Positions 31,432 to 41,240 of a DNA stretch of 64,000 nucleotides are shown here, in pieces. The notes beneath the pieces are model-generated. The model had not been told where the DNA came from. It made no database searches and saw only the letters and a list, made by a program, of their open reading frames with translations. How positions within the stretch are numbered: the stretch's first letter is position 1; each line of letters begins with the position of its first letter. The stretch comes from Hyphomicrobiales bacterium (GTDB lineage: Bacteria; Pseudomonadota; Alphaproteobacteria; Rickettsiales; JACKKO01): contig JACKKO010000001.1 of the NCBI GenBank assembly GCA_024236395.1, positions 384,921 to 448,920 on the forward strand, written 5' to 3'. The translations under genes were made by a program, and so were the position numbers.

Positions 31432-32457
31432 ATGGCCGCCACACATCAGACATCGCAGGAAACCGATATCGTCATCATTGGGGCCGGGCCGGTGGGCCTG
31501 TTTGCCATATTTGAAGCCGGCATGCTGAAGATGCGCTGCCATGTGGTAGATACGCTGGATTTCACCGGCGGGCAATGTACGGCACTCTATCCGGAAAAAC
31601 CGATTTACGATGTGGCCGCACACCCAGCGGTGGAAGCGGCTGAGCTGATTACCAGGCTGGAGGAGCAGGCCGCGCCGTTCAACCCGGTGTATCATCTGGG
31701 GCAGCAGGTGACGGAGTTGCAGCCGGAAGGCGAGGGCTGGCAGGTGCACACCAGCAAGGGGACGCAGATTCGCTGCAAAGCCGTGCTGATTGCTGCAGGA
31801 TGCGGGGCGTTCGGGCCGAATCGTCCGCCGCTGGAGGGCATCGAGCAGTATGAAGGTAAGAGTGTGTTTTACCTGGTGCGGCGCAAGGAAGATTTCCGTG
31901 GGAAGCGCGTGGTAATCGCTGGAGGTGGCGATTCGGCGGTAGACTGGGCGATTGCGCTGGCCGAGGTGGCAGAGCAAATATATGTGGTGCACCGTCGTCC
32001 GAAATTCCGCGCTGCACCCGAAAGTGTGACGCGCATGGAAACACTAGCCAGTGAAGGCAAAATTAAGTTCGTGATTCCATATCAACTACACGGTTTAGAA
32101 GGTGATGGGGAAACGATTTCCGGGGTGGTGGTGCAGGATCTGGACAAAAATACACGGACGCTTCAGGCTGATGTGCTCCTGCCCTTCTTTGGGCTGGCAA
32201 TGGAGCTGGGGCCAATTGCCAACTGGGGTCTGAACCTGGATCAGAATCGGATCGCCGTGGCGGCCGAAACACTGGAAACCAGCGCGCCGGGCATTTATGC
32301 CATTGGGGATATCTGCCATTATCCGGGCAAGCTGAAGCTGATTGTCTGCGGGTTCTCCGAGGCGGCGATGGCGGCACACGCGATCTACCCGCGTGTGCAC
32401 CCGGATGCGGCGCTGCATTTTGAATATTCCACTACCAAGGGCGTACCGGGAGCATAA
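31432..32457 (+). CDS. Ferredoxin--NADP(+) reductase, thioredoxin-reductase-like type
   Basis: Contains [21 protein letters not shown]...[16 protein letters not shown] and a second [10 protein letters not shown] dinucleotide fold. Confidence 0.85.
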   Translation: MAATHQTSQETDIVIIGAGPVGLFAIFEAGMLKMRCHVVDTLDFTGGQCTALYPEKPIYDVAAHPAVEAAELITRLEEQAAPFNPVYHLGQQVTELQPEGEGWQVHTSKGTQIRCKAVLIAAGCGAFGPNRPPLEGIEQYEGKSVFYLVRRKEDFRGKRVVIAGGGDSAVDWAIALAEVAEQIYVVHRRPKFRAAPESVTRMETLASEGKIKFVIPYQLHGLEGDGETISGVVVQDLDKNTRTLQADVLLPFFGLAMELGPIANWGLNLDQNRIAVAAETLETSAPGIYAIGDICHYPGKLKLIVCGFSEAAMAAHAIYPRVHPDAALHFEYSTTKGVPGA

Positions 32458-32459
32458 CG

Positions 32460-33323
32460 ATGAGTGCACATATCATAGATGGTAAAGCGTTTGCCGCTAA
32501 ATTACGGGAGCAAGTGGCCGCGGAAGTGGATCTGTTGAAGGAAGAAACCGGGCGGGTGCCCGGGCTGGCGGTGGTGCTGGTGGGCGAAGACCCGGCCAGC
32601 CAGGTCTATGTGCGGAATAAAGGGAAAGCTACGGTGGAAGCGGGGATGGAGTCGCTGGAATTTCGTCTGCCTGCGGAAACGAGTGAGACGGAGCTGATCG
32701 CCAAAGTGGAGGAACTGAACAACGATCAGAATGTGCATGGTATCCTGGTGCAGCTGCCGCTTCCCAAGCACATAAGCGAGGAGGCGGTGATTGCGGCGAT
32801 CCATCCGGACAAGGATGTGGACGGGTTTCATGTGATGAACAGCGGCAAGCTGATGACCGGGCAGGCGTCGCTCGTTCCGTGCACGCCACAAGGTTGCCTG
32901 CTGCTGCTGAAAGATGTGCTGGGCGGCGATCTTTCCGGGAAACATGCCGTGGTGCTGGGACGCTCTAATATTGTGGGTAAACCCATGGCCATGCTGCTGC
33001 TGGCAGAGCATTGCACAGTGACGATTGCCCATTCCCGTACCCGCGATATTGCCGCACTGGTACGGCAGGCGGATATTCTGGTGGCGGCGGTAGGCAGGTC
33101 GGAACTGGTGAAGCAGAGCTGGGTGAAGCCTGGCGCCGTGGTGATTGATGTCGGGATTAACCGCGTGGTGGAAGGCGAAAAAGCCCGGCTGGTGGGCGAT
33201 GTCGCCTTTGAAGAAGTGGCGCAGGTGGCCTCGGCGATCACGCCCGTACCCGGCGGGGTGGGGCCGATGACGATTGCCTGCCTGTTGCGTAATACGCTCA
33301 CGGCCTTCCGCGCCAGCCTGTAG
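32460..33323 (+). CDS. folD: Bifunctional methylenetetrahydrofolate dehydrogenase/cyclohydrolase
   Basis: Contains [24 protein letters not shown] and [12 protein letters not shown]. Confidence 0.95.
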   Translation: MSAHIIDGKAFAAKLREQVAAEVDLLKEETGRVPGLAVVLVGEDPASQVYVRNKGKATVEAGMESLEFRLPAETSETELIAKVEELNNDQNVHGILVQLPLPKHISEEAVIAAIHPDKDVDGFHVMNSGKLMTGQASLVPCTPQGCLLLLKDVLGGDLSGKHAVVLGRSNIVGKPMAMLLLAEHCTVTIAHSRTRDIAALVRQADILVAAVGRSELVKQSWVKPGAVVIDVGINRVVEGEKARLVGDVAFEEVAQVASAITPVPGGVGPMTIACLLRNTLTAFRASL

Positions 33324-33358
33324 TAGGTGGTGACTGGTTGCTAGTTGATAATACTGTC

Positions 33359-33412
33359 ATGCCGTCTTCAGGACGGCATCCGGGAAAAACCAGACCCCGT
33401 CATGCGACGGGG
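33359..33412 (+). terminator. Two tandem stem-loops downstream of folD
   Basis: ATGCCGTC-ttcag-GACGGCAT (33359-33379) and CCCCGTC-atgc-GACGGGG (33395-33412). There is no strong T-tract. Confidence 0.35.
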
Positions 33413-33586
33413 TGACATCAAGAGTCCTGCTTTTCCCTGCTTCCCCTGTCACAAAGGGTTTCTGCACATTTTTATTACTTTTTTCCAGGGTTCTGTTAAT
33501 CTTTTCCCGAAACTTCTTAATACGATCGGGGTTTTGTTAAGGATTTGTTAACTACGCCTGCGGTATAATAAGTCGTAAGGAGTATT

Positions 33587-35032
33587 ATGCCCCAAAGTAT
33601 ACTATCAGTTACAGCTAAAGAAGCGCACATGCTGGCTATTCTCTGGCAATTGGAGAATGGTACGCCAGAGCCAAAATATGATTTCAAAAAGACAGATAAT
33701 GGCTTGCCTGTCTTTGGTGCATTTCATTTTACGGGAAAGGGATTGGCTGAAATCGGTTGGGTTGAGAAGAATAGTGTTACCGGTAATGAAAATGACCCCA
33801 AAAAATGGATATGGACGGAAAAAGCAAAAGCCAGTTCTATGACGGCGATTCAAACTGCCGGGGCGTTTATTAGTGGAGTTATTTCGGCGCAACTTTTGCA
33901 ACACGAAGCGTTTAACATCTTAACAGATACAAAATATAAAACGATCAAATCAACAGTCACTCAGGCATTTGGTAGTAAAGATATTCTTGAAGTTAAAGCA
34001 TATGGACGCGACATCAAGCTGACGAAAGATGCAGTGCGTTATGCCCTGAATCTGACAAGTACCAATGGTATGAGGGATATTCTCCAGGGTAAGGGCGATT
34101 CGCATGATAAATATGGTACGCTGGTTAGTTATTATGCGGCGATGCTTTCGGTGGATGAGAGTGGGAAGCCGCTGAATGAGTTCTTATTCCAAAAGAAATC
34201 CAATGGCACATTAAAAACACAAACCGTTAAGGTGGGTGATCAGACGATTCATGTTGCATTAAAAGATGCCGATGCTATGAAGCAGTATCGCCAGGCGGCA
34301 GGCCTTCCCCTAAAGATTGAAGATAATGGTGCTGTTGAAAAAGGCCAACGTCCGTGGAAAGGATTGAATGATACGGGCAATTTTGCCTATAACACTCAGA
34401 ATAAAGGGTGGGAGGAAGGAAAGCCTGCCGATGCGCAGGGTGAAGGCCTGCAGGCCGGGCTTGATAAGGTGGGGGATTTCTTTAAGGATGTTGATTGGAA
34501 GAAGATTGGCTCCGTATTTGAGGGCGGTGGAAGCTGGCTGTTACCGCTTGGACTGATGGCTGTGACTGCGTTTGCGAGTGGGTTTGGTGGTGACTGGCTG
34601 GATAAAGCCTTTAAGGGGGTGCCGATTGTTGGTGGAGTGCCCGGTACTTTGTTCAAAATTGCATCATTTATCCCGTTTGTGATTGGAGCAGGGATGCTGC
34701 TTTTCGGGCAAGGGGGAAACATTGTGGAAAAGGCAGCACACTGGATTAGTGGTAAAGGTGATAATACGCCGGATCTTGCAAAAGGGCGTGAACGTACGCG
34801 AGGTGTTTCAGCAGATCAGGAAAACTATTATTTACATCAGGCAGCAGTCAGGCAGCAGCAACAAGATAATACGCGGTTATCCTCTATAGAGAACGTACCT
34901 GAAGAAGAAAAGAAAATAGCAGTTAATGTTGTAAGGGGACATGAAGGCTTGACGCACAGCGAAGATCAAAACCTGATAAATCGTAATTTACCGCACGCAA
35001 AGTCGAATGAGCCCCCACATAGTCCCGGCTAG
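33587..35032 (+). CDS. Hypothetical 481-aa protein with C-terminal glycine-rich TM hairpin (orphan)
   Basis: Long ORF in an AT-richer patch with no signal peptide. It has two hydrophobic Gly-rich segments (WLLPLGLMAVTAFASGFGG, IASFIPFVIGAGMLLFGQGG) and a Q-rich tail. Confidence 0.6.
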   Translation: MPQSILSVTAKEAHMLAILWQLENGTPEPKYDFKKTDNGLPVFGAFHFTGKGLAEIGWVEKNSVTGNENDPKKWIWTEKAKASSMTAIQTAGAFISGVISAQLLQHEAFNILTDTKYKTIKSTVTQAFGSKDILEVKAYGRDIKLTKDAVRYALNLTSTNGMRDILQGKGDSHDKYGTLVSYYAAMLSVDESGKPLNEFLFQKKSNGTLKTQTVKVGDQTIHVALKDADAMKQYRQAAGLPLKIEDNGAVEKGQRPWKGLNDTGNFAYNTQNKGWEEGKPADAQGEGLQAGLDKVGDFFKDVDWKKIGSVFEGGGSWLLPLGLMAVTAFASGFGGDWLDKAFKGVPIVGGVPGTLFKIASFIPFVIGAGMLLFGQGGNIVEKAAHWISGKGDNTPDLAKGRERTRGVSADQENYYLHQAAVRQQQQDNTRLSSIENVPEEEKKIAVNVVRGHEGLTHSEDQNLINRNLPHAKSNEPPHSPG

Positions 35033-37272
35033 GCGCCTTTCACGTAATCTTTCAGAATCGTTTTTAAGCCAATGCCATTGAAACCGATGGTGAGATGGCT
35101 GCCTTCCATTTTGACGATACGGCCTTCCCCAAAGGTGGGGTGCACCACTTTCTGCCCCAGCGTAAATCCGCCGGTGCTGGCGGGGGTGGCGGCCGGTTTG
35201 CTTCCAGCAACGGTGGCCTTGGCGCGGGTGAAGCGGGTGGGGGTGGCCTGATGCTCGGCCAGTCCGCTAGCGGGTGGTTGCACCGGCGCCCGCACCGGGC
35301 CTTGCAGCAGGTTCATCACCTCCACATGCTCCGGCGGTAACTCGTCCACAAAGCGCGAGGGTAGGTTATTCTGCCACTGGTTATACACCCGCCGGTTCGC
35401 CGTAAAGGTAATCGCGCAGCGGAACCGGGCGCGTGTGATGCCTACATACCCCAGCCGCCGCTCTTCTTCCAGCCCGGCCTGCCCCTTCTCATCCATACTG
35501 CGCTGGCTGGGGAAAATACCGTCCTCCCACCCGGCAAGGAACACCGTATTAAACTCCAACCCCTTGGCGCCATGCATTGTCATAATGCTGACCATGGGCT
35601 CGTCGGCACGATCATCGCCATCCATCACCAGGCTGACATGTTCCAGGAAGGTTTCCACATTTTCAAAATCGGCCAGCGCACCAATCAGTTCCTTCAGGTT
35701 TTCCACCCGACCCTGTGCTTCCGGCGCTTTATCCTGCTGCCACATGGCAAGATAACCAGATTCCCGCAGGATGGTATCCATCATTTCGGCGTGGGGTTCC
35801 CTGGTCATGCGATCGCGCCACTGGCTGATCTGCTCGGCAAATTTCCCCAGCACGGTTTTCATACGAGGTTTCAGGGCACCTTGTTCCAGCAGGGCACGCA
35901 TTGCGCCAAACAGCGAGATCTGGTGAGCTCGGGCATACTCCCGTAGCGTATCGAGTGTGGCGCTGCCGACGCCGCGCTTCGGCGTGTTGATAATGCGTTC
36001 AAAGGCGAGGTCATCGCTCTCGCGCATGGCCAGGCGCAGATAGGCAATCGCATCCCGGATTTCCATGCGCTCATAGAACCGCAATCCGCCCAGCACCCGG
36101 TAGGGGATGGCGCGGCTGATGAAACATTCTTCAAACGCGCGTGTCTGGAAACCGGCGCGCACGAGGATGGCAATTTCATCCAGCATGATCCCGTTGCGTT
36201 GCGCGCTTTCAATTTCATCGGCAATGAATTCGGCTTCTTTCTTTTCATCCCACAGGGAGACCACGCGGATTTTCTCGGCGTCATCGGACTGGTCCGTCCA
36301 CAGGGTTTTACCAAGCCGCCCCTCATTGCGTGCAATCAGCCGGGAGGCCGCGCCAAGAATATGCATTGTGGAACGGTAATTGCGCTCCAGCCTTATGACT
36401 TCCGCCCCGGGGAAATCTTCTTCGAAGCGCAGGATATTTTCCACCTCTGCGCCACGCCAGCCATAAATGGACTGGTCATCATCACCCACGCAACAGAGGT
36501 TGCGATGTCCCTGTGCCAGCAAGCGTAGCCACAGATATTGGGCGACATTGGTATCCTGATACTCGTCCACCAGAATATATTTAAAACGGCGCTGGTATTC
36601 CGCCAGCACGTCCGGGCACTGGGTGAAGAGGGTAATCATATGCATCAGCAAATCACCGAAATCGACTGCGCCCAGCGTTTTCAGCCGGTGTTGGTAGGCC
36701 TCATAAAGCGGGATCAGTTTGCCGTTGGCGAAATCGATGTCTTCATTGCTATCGGTGACTTTTTCCGGTGGTAGCGCACGATCCTTCAGGCGCTGGATGA
36801 TGGCGCAAAGCACTTTGGGCGGCCAGCGCTTTTCATCGATGTTATGTTCCATCAATAACTGTTTGAGCACGCGGATCTGGTCGTCCGTATCCAGGATGGT
36901 GAAATCCGAAGGCAGGCCCAGCCGGTCGGCATGCCGGCGGATGATGCGCACACCAATGGAGTGGAACGTGCCCAGCCACAGGCCGGTGGCCATACCGGGC
37001 ACCATTTGCTCCACGCGGTGCCGCATTTCTGCGGCGGCTTTATTGGTAAAGGTCACGGCCAGTATCTGCGAGGGAAACGCCATCCCCTGGCTGAGGATAT
37101 AGGCGATGCGGGTGGTGAGTACCTTGGTTTTTCCCGTACCGGCCCCGGCCAGTACCAGCAACGGGCCCTCGGTGGTTTCCACGGCCTGGCGCTGCTCCGG
37201 GTTTAACCCGTTTAAGTCAACGCTGGGGGAGGGGGCGGTTTCCAGCGCCGCTAAACTATCATCAAAAAACAT
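35029..37272 (-). CDS. uvrD: ATP-dependent DNA helicase UvrD/Rep family
   Basis: Contains VLAGAGTGKTKVLTTRIA, ILVDEYQDTN and VSIMTMHGAKGLEF, plus the C-terminal VVHPTFGEGRIV domain. Confidence 0.93.
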   Translation of the reverse strand: MFFDDSLAALETAPSPSVDLNGLNPEQRQAVETTEGPLLVLAGAGTGKTKVLTTRIAYILSQGMAFPSQILAVTFTNKAAAEMRHRVEQMVPGMATGLWLGTFHSIGVRIIRRHADRLGLPSDFTILDTDDQIRVLKQLLMEHNIDEKRWPPKVLCAIIQRLKDRALPPEKVTDSNEDIDFANGKLIPLYEAYQHRLKTLGAVDFGDLLMHMITLFTQCPDVLAEYQRRFKYILVDEYQDTNVAQYLWLRLLAQGHRNLCCVGDDDQSIYGWRGAEVENILRFEEDFPGAEVIRLERNYRSTMHILGAASRLIARNEGRLGKTLWTDQSDDAEKIRVVSLWDEKKEAEFIADEIESAQRNGIMLDEIAILVRAGFQTRAFEECFISRAIPYRVLGGLRFYERMEIRDAIAYLRLAMRESDDLAFERIINTPKRGVGSATLDTLREYARAHQISLFGAMRALLEQGALKPRMKTVLGKFAEQISQWRDRMTREPHAEMMDTILRESGYLAMWQQDKAPEAQGRVENLKELIGALADFENVETFLEHVSLVMDGDDRADEPMVSIMTMHGAKGLEFNTVFLAGWEDGIFPSQRSMDEKGQAGLEEERRLGYVGITRARFRCAITFTANRRVYNQWQNNLPSRFVDELPPEHVEVMNLLQGPVRAPVQPPASGLAEHQATPTRFTRAKATVAGSKPAATPASTGGFTLGQKVVHPTFGEGRIVKMEGSHLTIGFNGIGLKTILKDYVKGA

Positions 37273-37376
37273 GGGAGTGAAACTACCCGTTTCCAGTTAG
37301 AATTTCCAGCCCAGCTTTTAAGCGAAGGCCGGAAAATGCGCAAATAAATTTAGGGCACCGCGTGCTTGAAGGAAAT

Positions 37377-37958
37377 TCAGAGATGCATATCTGAGGAATT
37401 TTTCTCAACTGGCGCTGCTGATCTATTCGTTGGGCTATAACCAACGAGAAAGCTTTTATATGCCTCTTCTCCGGTCATGTCTCTGTTGGATACATATGTC
37501 ATTGCTTCAAAAAGCATCGTGATGATTTCCCAAAGAGAGGTGGCACCGTCTTCTCCAGATTTTATATTATTCAGGAAATGGCTGAGGTGGGGAGTTTCTT
37601 TCTGGTTATTCATTATTTCCCCAAAGGTGTCGGGGGACTCTTTCATAAAAGCAAGAAAGGACTCACGCTGTTTATTCGCGATATCTTGCGGTGTAGCATC
37701 CCATGTCCTAAGAGCTTCCAAAACTTTTTCTACCGGAATACGCAAGGATCTGGATGCGCTGAGAAGTAATTTTTCTAGGCTTCCAAGATCTTTATAAGAG
37801 TCGGGATCAAGCGGATTACCACCGCTTGCCATTACCGCATTCATTTTACTGGTGAGTTCCGATTCGGAAAATGTATTGCCACTCAATGCGTCCTGAAACA
37901 TTGCGCCCGCCACGTTTGTTGCTACTTGAAGCATTTGAGTAAAGTTTGGTGGTGTCAC
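37377..37958 (-). CDS. Hypothetical protein, tandem paralogue A
   Basis: 193 aa. It is clearly alignable by eye with the next gene (see findings). I recognise no family. Confidence 0.55.
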   Translation of the reverse strand: MTPPNFTQMLQVATNVAGAMFQDALSGNTFSESELTSKMNAVMASGGNPLDPDSYKDLGSLEKLLLSASRSLRIPVEKVLEALRTWDATPQDIANKQRESFLAFMKESPDTFGEIMNNQKETPHLSHFLNNIKSGEDGATSLWEIITMLFEAMTYVSNRDMTGEEAYKSFLVGYSPTNRSAAPVEKNSSDMHL

Positions 37959-37990
37959 GGTATTTACTTTCTGAGAGCATACTCCTGGAT

Positions 37991-38644
37991 TTAGATGCGA
38001 ATAATAGCAGTAGGTTTTCTTGTCAGACTCTGTGTTGCTGTAGGAATTAGCCCCTTCTCTATCAATTCATTTTCATAAGCAAGAAGTTTTTCCTCTGTAA
38101 TGGAAGAACGGACTTCATTTAATACATACTTCATTAGTTCAAAGATCATTAGACCTGCTTCCCAGAAAGAAGGGTCGACATTCTCTCCGGATCCAACTTT
38201 CTTCAGAAACTGGCTGGTACGTGAAATTATTGGATTATTTATGAATGCATGATAAACTTCTGGCTCTTTTTCCTGGAAAGCAAGAAAAGCATCACGCAGT
38301 TCTTTCGTATCGCCCTCCGGAGAATGTTCAATACCCAGCTCAGGCCGTGACCGGAGAAATTGCACGGTATCTTCTGGTGGGTGTCCTGAAGAGGCGAATC
38401 CTTTGAGAAGTAAACGCTCAAAATGACCAAGATCGCTATAAGAAGCGGGGTCATATGGGCTACCTCCGTTCTCTATTACTGCTTCCATTTTGTTTGCCAG
38501 GTCTGAGGGATAGAAGTTGCGGTCGTTTTCTTTGTCTGATTCAAGCGCTTGCCAGTATTCCGCCATCATTTTGTGCAAGATGTTGAAATTTGATATAAAC
38601 TCGCTAATGCCCATGTTCCTGTTTGCCTTCATACCAGTTCCCAC
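37991..38644 (-). CDS. Hypothetical protein, tandem paralogue B
   Basis: 217 aa. It shares blocks with paralogue A, such as GGSPYDPASYSDLGHFERLLL and RDAFLAFQEKEPEVY. The exact start is uncertain because there are several Met codons. Confidence 0.55.
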   Translation of the reverse strand: MGTGMKANRNMGISEFISNFNILHKMMAEYWQALESDKENDRNFYPSDLANKMEAVIENGGSPYDPASYSDLGHFERLLLKGFASSGHPPEDTVQFLRSRPELGIEHSPEGDTKELRDAFLAFQEKEPEVYHAFINNPIISRTSQFLKKVGSGENVDPSFWEAGLMIFELMKYVLNEVRSSITEEKLLAYENELIEKGLIPTATQSLTRKPTAIIRI

Positions 38645-38734
38645 ATTTTATTATAGAACAAACAGGTTAACATATGGTTAACGCAGTGTAAGAAAATTAA
38701 TAAATCTGTTTTAAATAGTGTGATTAGGCTATCA

Positions 38735-39271
38735 TTACCGGCACTGGCCGAGCGAGCCTTCTTTGCAGATGGTGGTGCCATCAATCCATGTCGCACCACT
38801 GACATCGGCTTTCAGCAGGTCCGTAGCGTGCATGCTGGCACCGGTAAAATTAGCGCCGCGCAGGGAAGCCTCAAAAAACCGGGCGCGATCCAGTATTGCT
38901 CCGCTAAAATCCGCCCCATCAGCATTGGCCTTGGTGAAATCGGCCTCGCGCAGGTTGGCATTGGTAAATTGCGCTTCTGTCAGAATCGTACGGATAAATT
39001 TGGCGCGTCGTGCATCTGTGTGACGCAGGTTAGTCTGGTGCAGGGTTGCGCGGGTAAAGGAAGATTCCCGAAGCTCTGCCTTTTCCAGTGATAACCCGCT
39101 GAAATCCTCGCCATCCATATAGCATCGCCGCCACTGGACGCCCTCTGCCGGGGCTTCGTAACAGCTGGCCAGCACAGTATTATATGCCAGGACGCCTAGG
39201 GTGCAGAGTACAGCCATCACCCACAGGGTGCGTTTTGTAAGGATCTGCCCCTTTTTTTCTTCCTCTTGCAT
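38735..39271 (-). CDS. Pentapeptide-repeat protein with N-terminal membrane anchor
   Basis: Shows A(D/N)LxX-type periodicity (ANLREADFTKANADGADFSGAILDRARFFEASLRGANFTGASMHATDL). Start taken at MQEEEKK; the ORF extends to 39307. Confidence 0.8.
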   Translation of the reverse strand: MQEEEKKGQILTKRTLWVMAVLCTLGVLAYNTVLASCYEAPAEGVQWRRCYMDGEDFSGLSLEKAELRESSFTRATLHQTNLRHTDARRAKFIRTILTEAQFTNANLREADFTKANADGADFSGAILDRARFFEASLRGANFTGASMHATDLLKADVSGATWIDGTTICKEGSLGQCR

Positions 39272-39309
39272 GCTTATATATGTAATGAATATAAGAGAAA
39301 AAGTCACCT

Positions 39310-39702
39310 ATGTATAAAGAGCGCACGAGCAATATTGAAGTCATGGTAATCCCAGCCTATCTGGAAGACCAGTCAGAGCCGGGGGAGGCGTATTACGCCT
39401 GGGCCTATTTTGTCCGTATTCGTAATGTGGGGGCGGAAACGGTGCAGCTGTTGAATCGTCACTGGGAAATTACCGATAGTAATGGTGTGATTCAGGAAGT
39501 GGATGGCCCGGGAGTGATTGGTCAGCAGCCGACATTAGGGCCGGGGGAGACATTTGAATATGCCAGCGGAACATTCCTCAGAACCCCGTCCGGGATCATG
39601 GGTGGTACGTATGAGATGATGAATGAGGACGGGCGGCATTTTAATGTGGTCATTCCGACCTTTTCCCTCGATAGCCCGGAGCAACTCCAGCGCCCGAATT
39701 AG
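39310..39702 (+). CDS. apaG: ApaG (DUF525) protein
   Basis: 130 aa with YAWAYFVRIRNVGAETVQLLNRHWEITDSNG...VDGPGVIGQQP.L.PGE.F.Y.S. Confidence 0.9.
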   Translation: MYKERTSNIEVMVIPAYLEDQSEPGEAYYAWAYFVRIRNVGAETVQLLNRHWEITDSNGVIQEVDGPGVIGQQPTLGPGETFEYASGTFLRTPSGIMGGTYEMMNEDGRHFNVVIPTFSLDSPEQLQRPN

Positions 39703-39703
39703 T

Positions 39704-40303
39704 CTAAAATAGCGTCTTAATAGCTTCCAAACCAAGGAAATAGACTAGTATAGCCAGTGTAATACCGGCAGCCCCCACGGCCATCCCGGCCAGCATTGCC
39801 AGTCCATCGCGTTCCAGCAGGCCGACGGCAATGATGATAATGCCCATGCTGGGGATGGTGTTGGTCAGCGGGAAGGGCAATGCGACAGAAATCCCCAGGA
39901 TCAGAAATACCAGCCCCAGCAGTTGCTCGCCCGGTCGGGAACTTAGAAAGCGCAGCCGGGGCTTCAGAATATGCTCGATTTTAACCACGTAACCGGCCAG
40001 TTTGGTCAGGATGTGATTCAGGGTTTTCCCCTTCAGCTCCTTACGGCGTAACCAGCGGGGAAGCCAGGGGGTACGCAGGCCGATCAGGAGTTGCAGCGAA
40101 AGGAGCAATACCGGCAGGGAAAGTATGAATGTCAGCCCTGGTATTGCCGGAAGTGGCAGCGCAGTGGGCGAGGAGAACAGAATCAGCAGCAGGCAGAATC
40201 CCCCCTCTTTCAGGTCATCCACCAGCTGTCCGAACGGTACCTGTGTTTGGTGCTGGTAAGTATTGGCCATATGCTGAAGGCGAGTGGAAAGTCCGTTTGC
40301 CAT
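39704..40303 (-). CDS. exoD: ExoD-family membrane protein
   Basis: The C-terminal 199 aa of ORF 39704..40552 contain GFCLLLILFSSPTALPLPAIPG...RTPWLPRWL and a TM-rich tail typical of ExoD. Start chosen at MANGLS. Confidence 0.7.
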   Translation of the reverse strand: MANGLSTRLQHMANTYQHQTQVPFGQLVDDLKEGGFCLLLILFSSPTALPLPAIPGLTFILSLPVLLLSLQLLIGLRTPWLPRWLRRKELKGKTLNHILTKLAGYVVKIEHILKPRLRFLSSRPGEQLLGLVFLILGISVALPFPLTNTIPSMGIIIIAVGLLERDGLAMLAGMAVGAAGITLAILVYFLGLEAIKTLF

Positions 40304-40384
40304 GATCGAGTGCGGGTTTTGCTGGTGTGGTCTGCTTTCGGTCTTTATACTATCGGCGGTTAACCCGCAACTGAAAGCCGGAAT

Positions 40385-41239
40385 ATGCAGCCAATAATTA
40401 TCTCTGTTGCGCCCAATGGGGCACGCAAGACCCGAAACGATCACCCCGCATTGCCGGTCACCCCGGTGCAGCTGGGGGAGGAAGCCCGTGCCTGCAGGGA
40501 TGCTGGCGCCGCCCTGATCCATCTGCACATCCGTGATGCGGCGCAGAAACATACACTGGATGTGCCGACCTATCGTGCGGCCACTGGTTCAGTGCGTCAG
40601 CAATGCGGGGAGGATTTTATTGTGCAGGTGACATCAGAGGCGGTGGAAATCTATACTGCACCGGAGCAGATGCAAATGGTGCTGGAGTTGCAGCCGGAAG
40701 CCGTCTCGCTGGCGATCCGGGAAATCATCCCTGAACCGGCGATGGAAAAACCGGCAACAGCATTTCTTAAACAGATTCATGCGATGGGGATACACCCGCA
40801 ATATATCCTCTATAGCCCCGAGGAAGTGGCATATTTCGGGAAGCTGCGTAAAGCCGGGCTGATCCCTGGAGAGCGTATATTTGTACTTTTTGTGTTGGGC
40901 AAAAAAACCGGCAACCCGGAAGCGGCGGTTGACCCATCCTTAAGCTGGGCACGGCCAGAGGATCTGGATCCGTTCCTGGAATGTTTTGATGCGCATCTGA
41001 CACTTTCGGAAACCGAGTGGGCAGTCTGTGCGTTTGGCGGCAAGGAGTTGGAATGCATGGAATACACGGCGAAATGTGGTGGGCATGTACGTATCGGGTT
41101 TGAGAATAATCACCTGATGGCGGATGGTAGCATCGCACCGAATAACGCGGCGCTGATTACCCAGTTTGTGGGAAAAGTACGCGGCGGCAACCGCCCGATT
41201 GCTACAGCTGCCGAGGCTCGGAAAATACTGGGGATGTAA
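40385..41239 (+). CDS. BKACE-family (3-keto-5-aminohexanoate cleavage enzyme-like, DUF849) protein
   Basis: Contains IIISVAPNGARKTRNDHPALPVTP.....A..C..AGAALIHLHIRD and the C-terminal GGHVRIGFENN. Confidence 0.85.
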   Translation: MQPIIISVAPNGARKTRNDHPALPVTPVQLGEEARACRDAGAALIHLHIRDAAQKHTLDVPTYRAATGSVRQQCGEDFIVQVTSEAVEIYTAPEQMQMVLELQPEAVSLAIREIIPEPAMEKPATAFLKQIHAMGIHPQYILYSPEEVAYFGKLRKAGLIPGERIFVLFVLGKKTGNPEAAVDPSLSWARPEDLDPFLECFDAHLTLSETEWAVCAFGGKELECMEYTAKCGGHVRIGFENNHLMADGSIAPNNAALITQFVGKVRGGNRPIATAAEARKILGM

Positions 41240-41240
41240 T

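Noticed and set aside
31408-31992. 194-aa minus-strand ORF, with other minus-strand ORFs at 31679-32469
   Set aside because: They are antisense to the well-supported ferredoxin-NADP reductase gene and have no motifs.
39272-39309. Very short (38 nt, or 2 nt if the long ORF is used) divergent spacer between the pentapeptide-repeat gene and apaG
   Set aside because: This is probably just compact promoter overlap and start-codon uncertainty. There is nothing further to support a special element.
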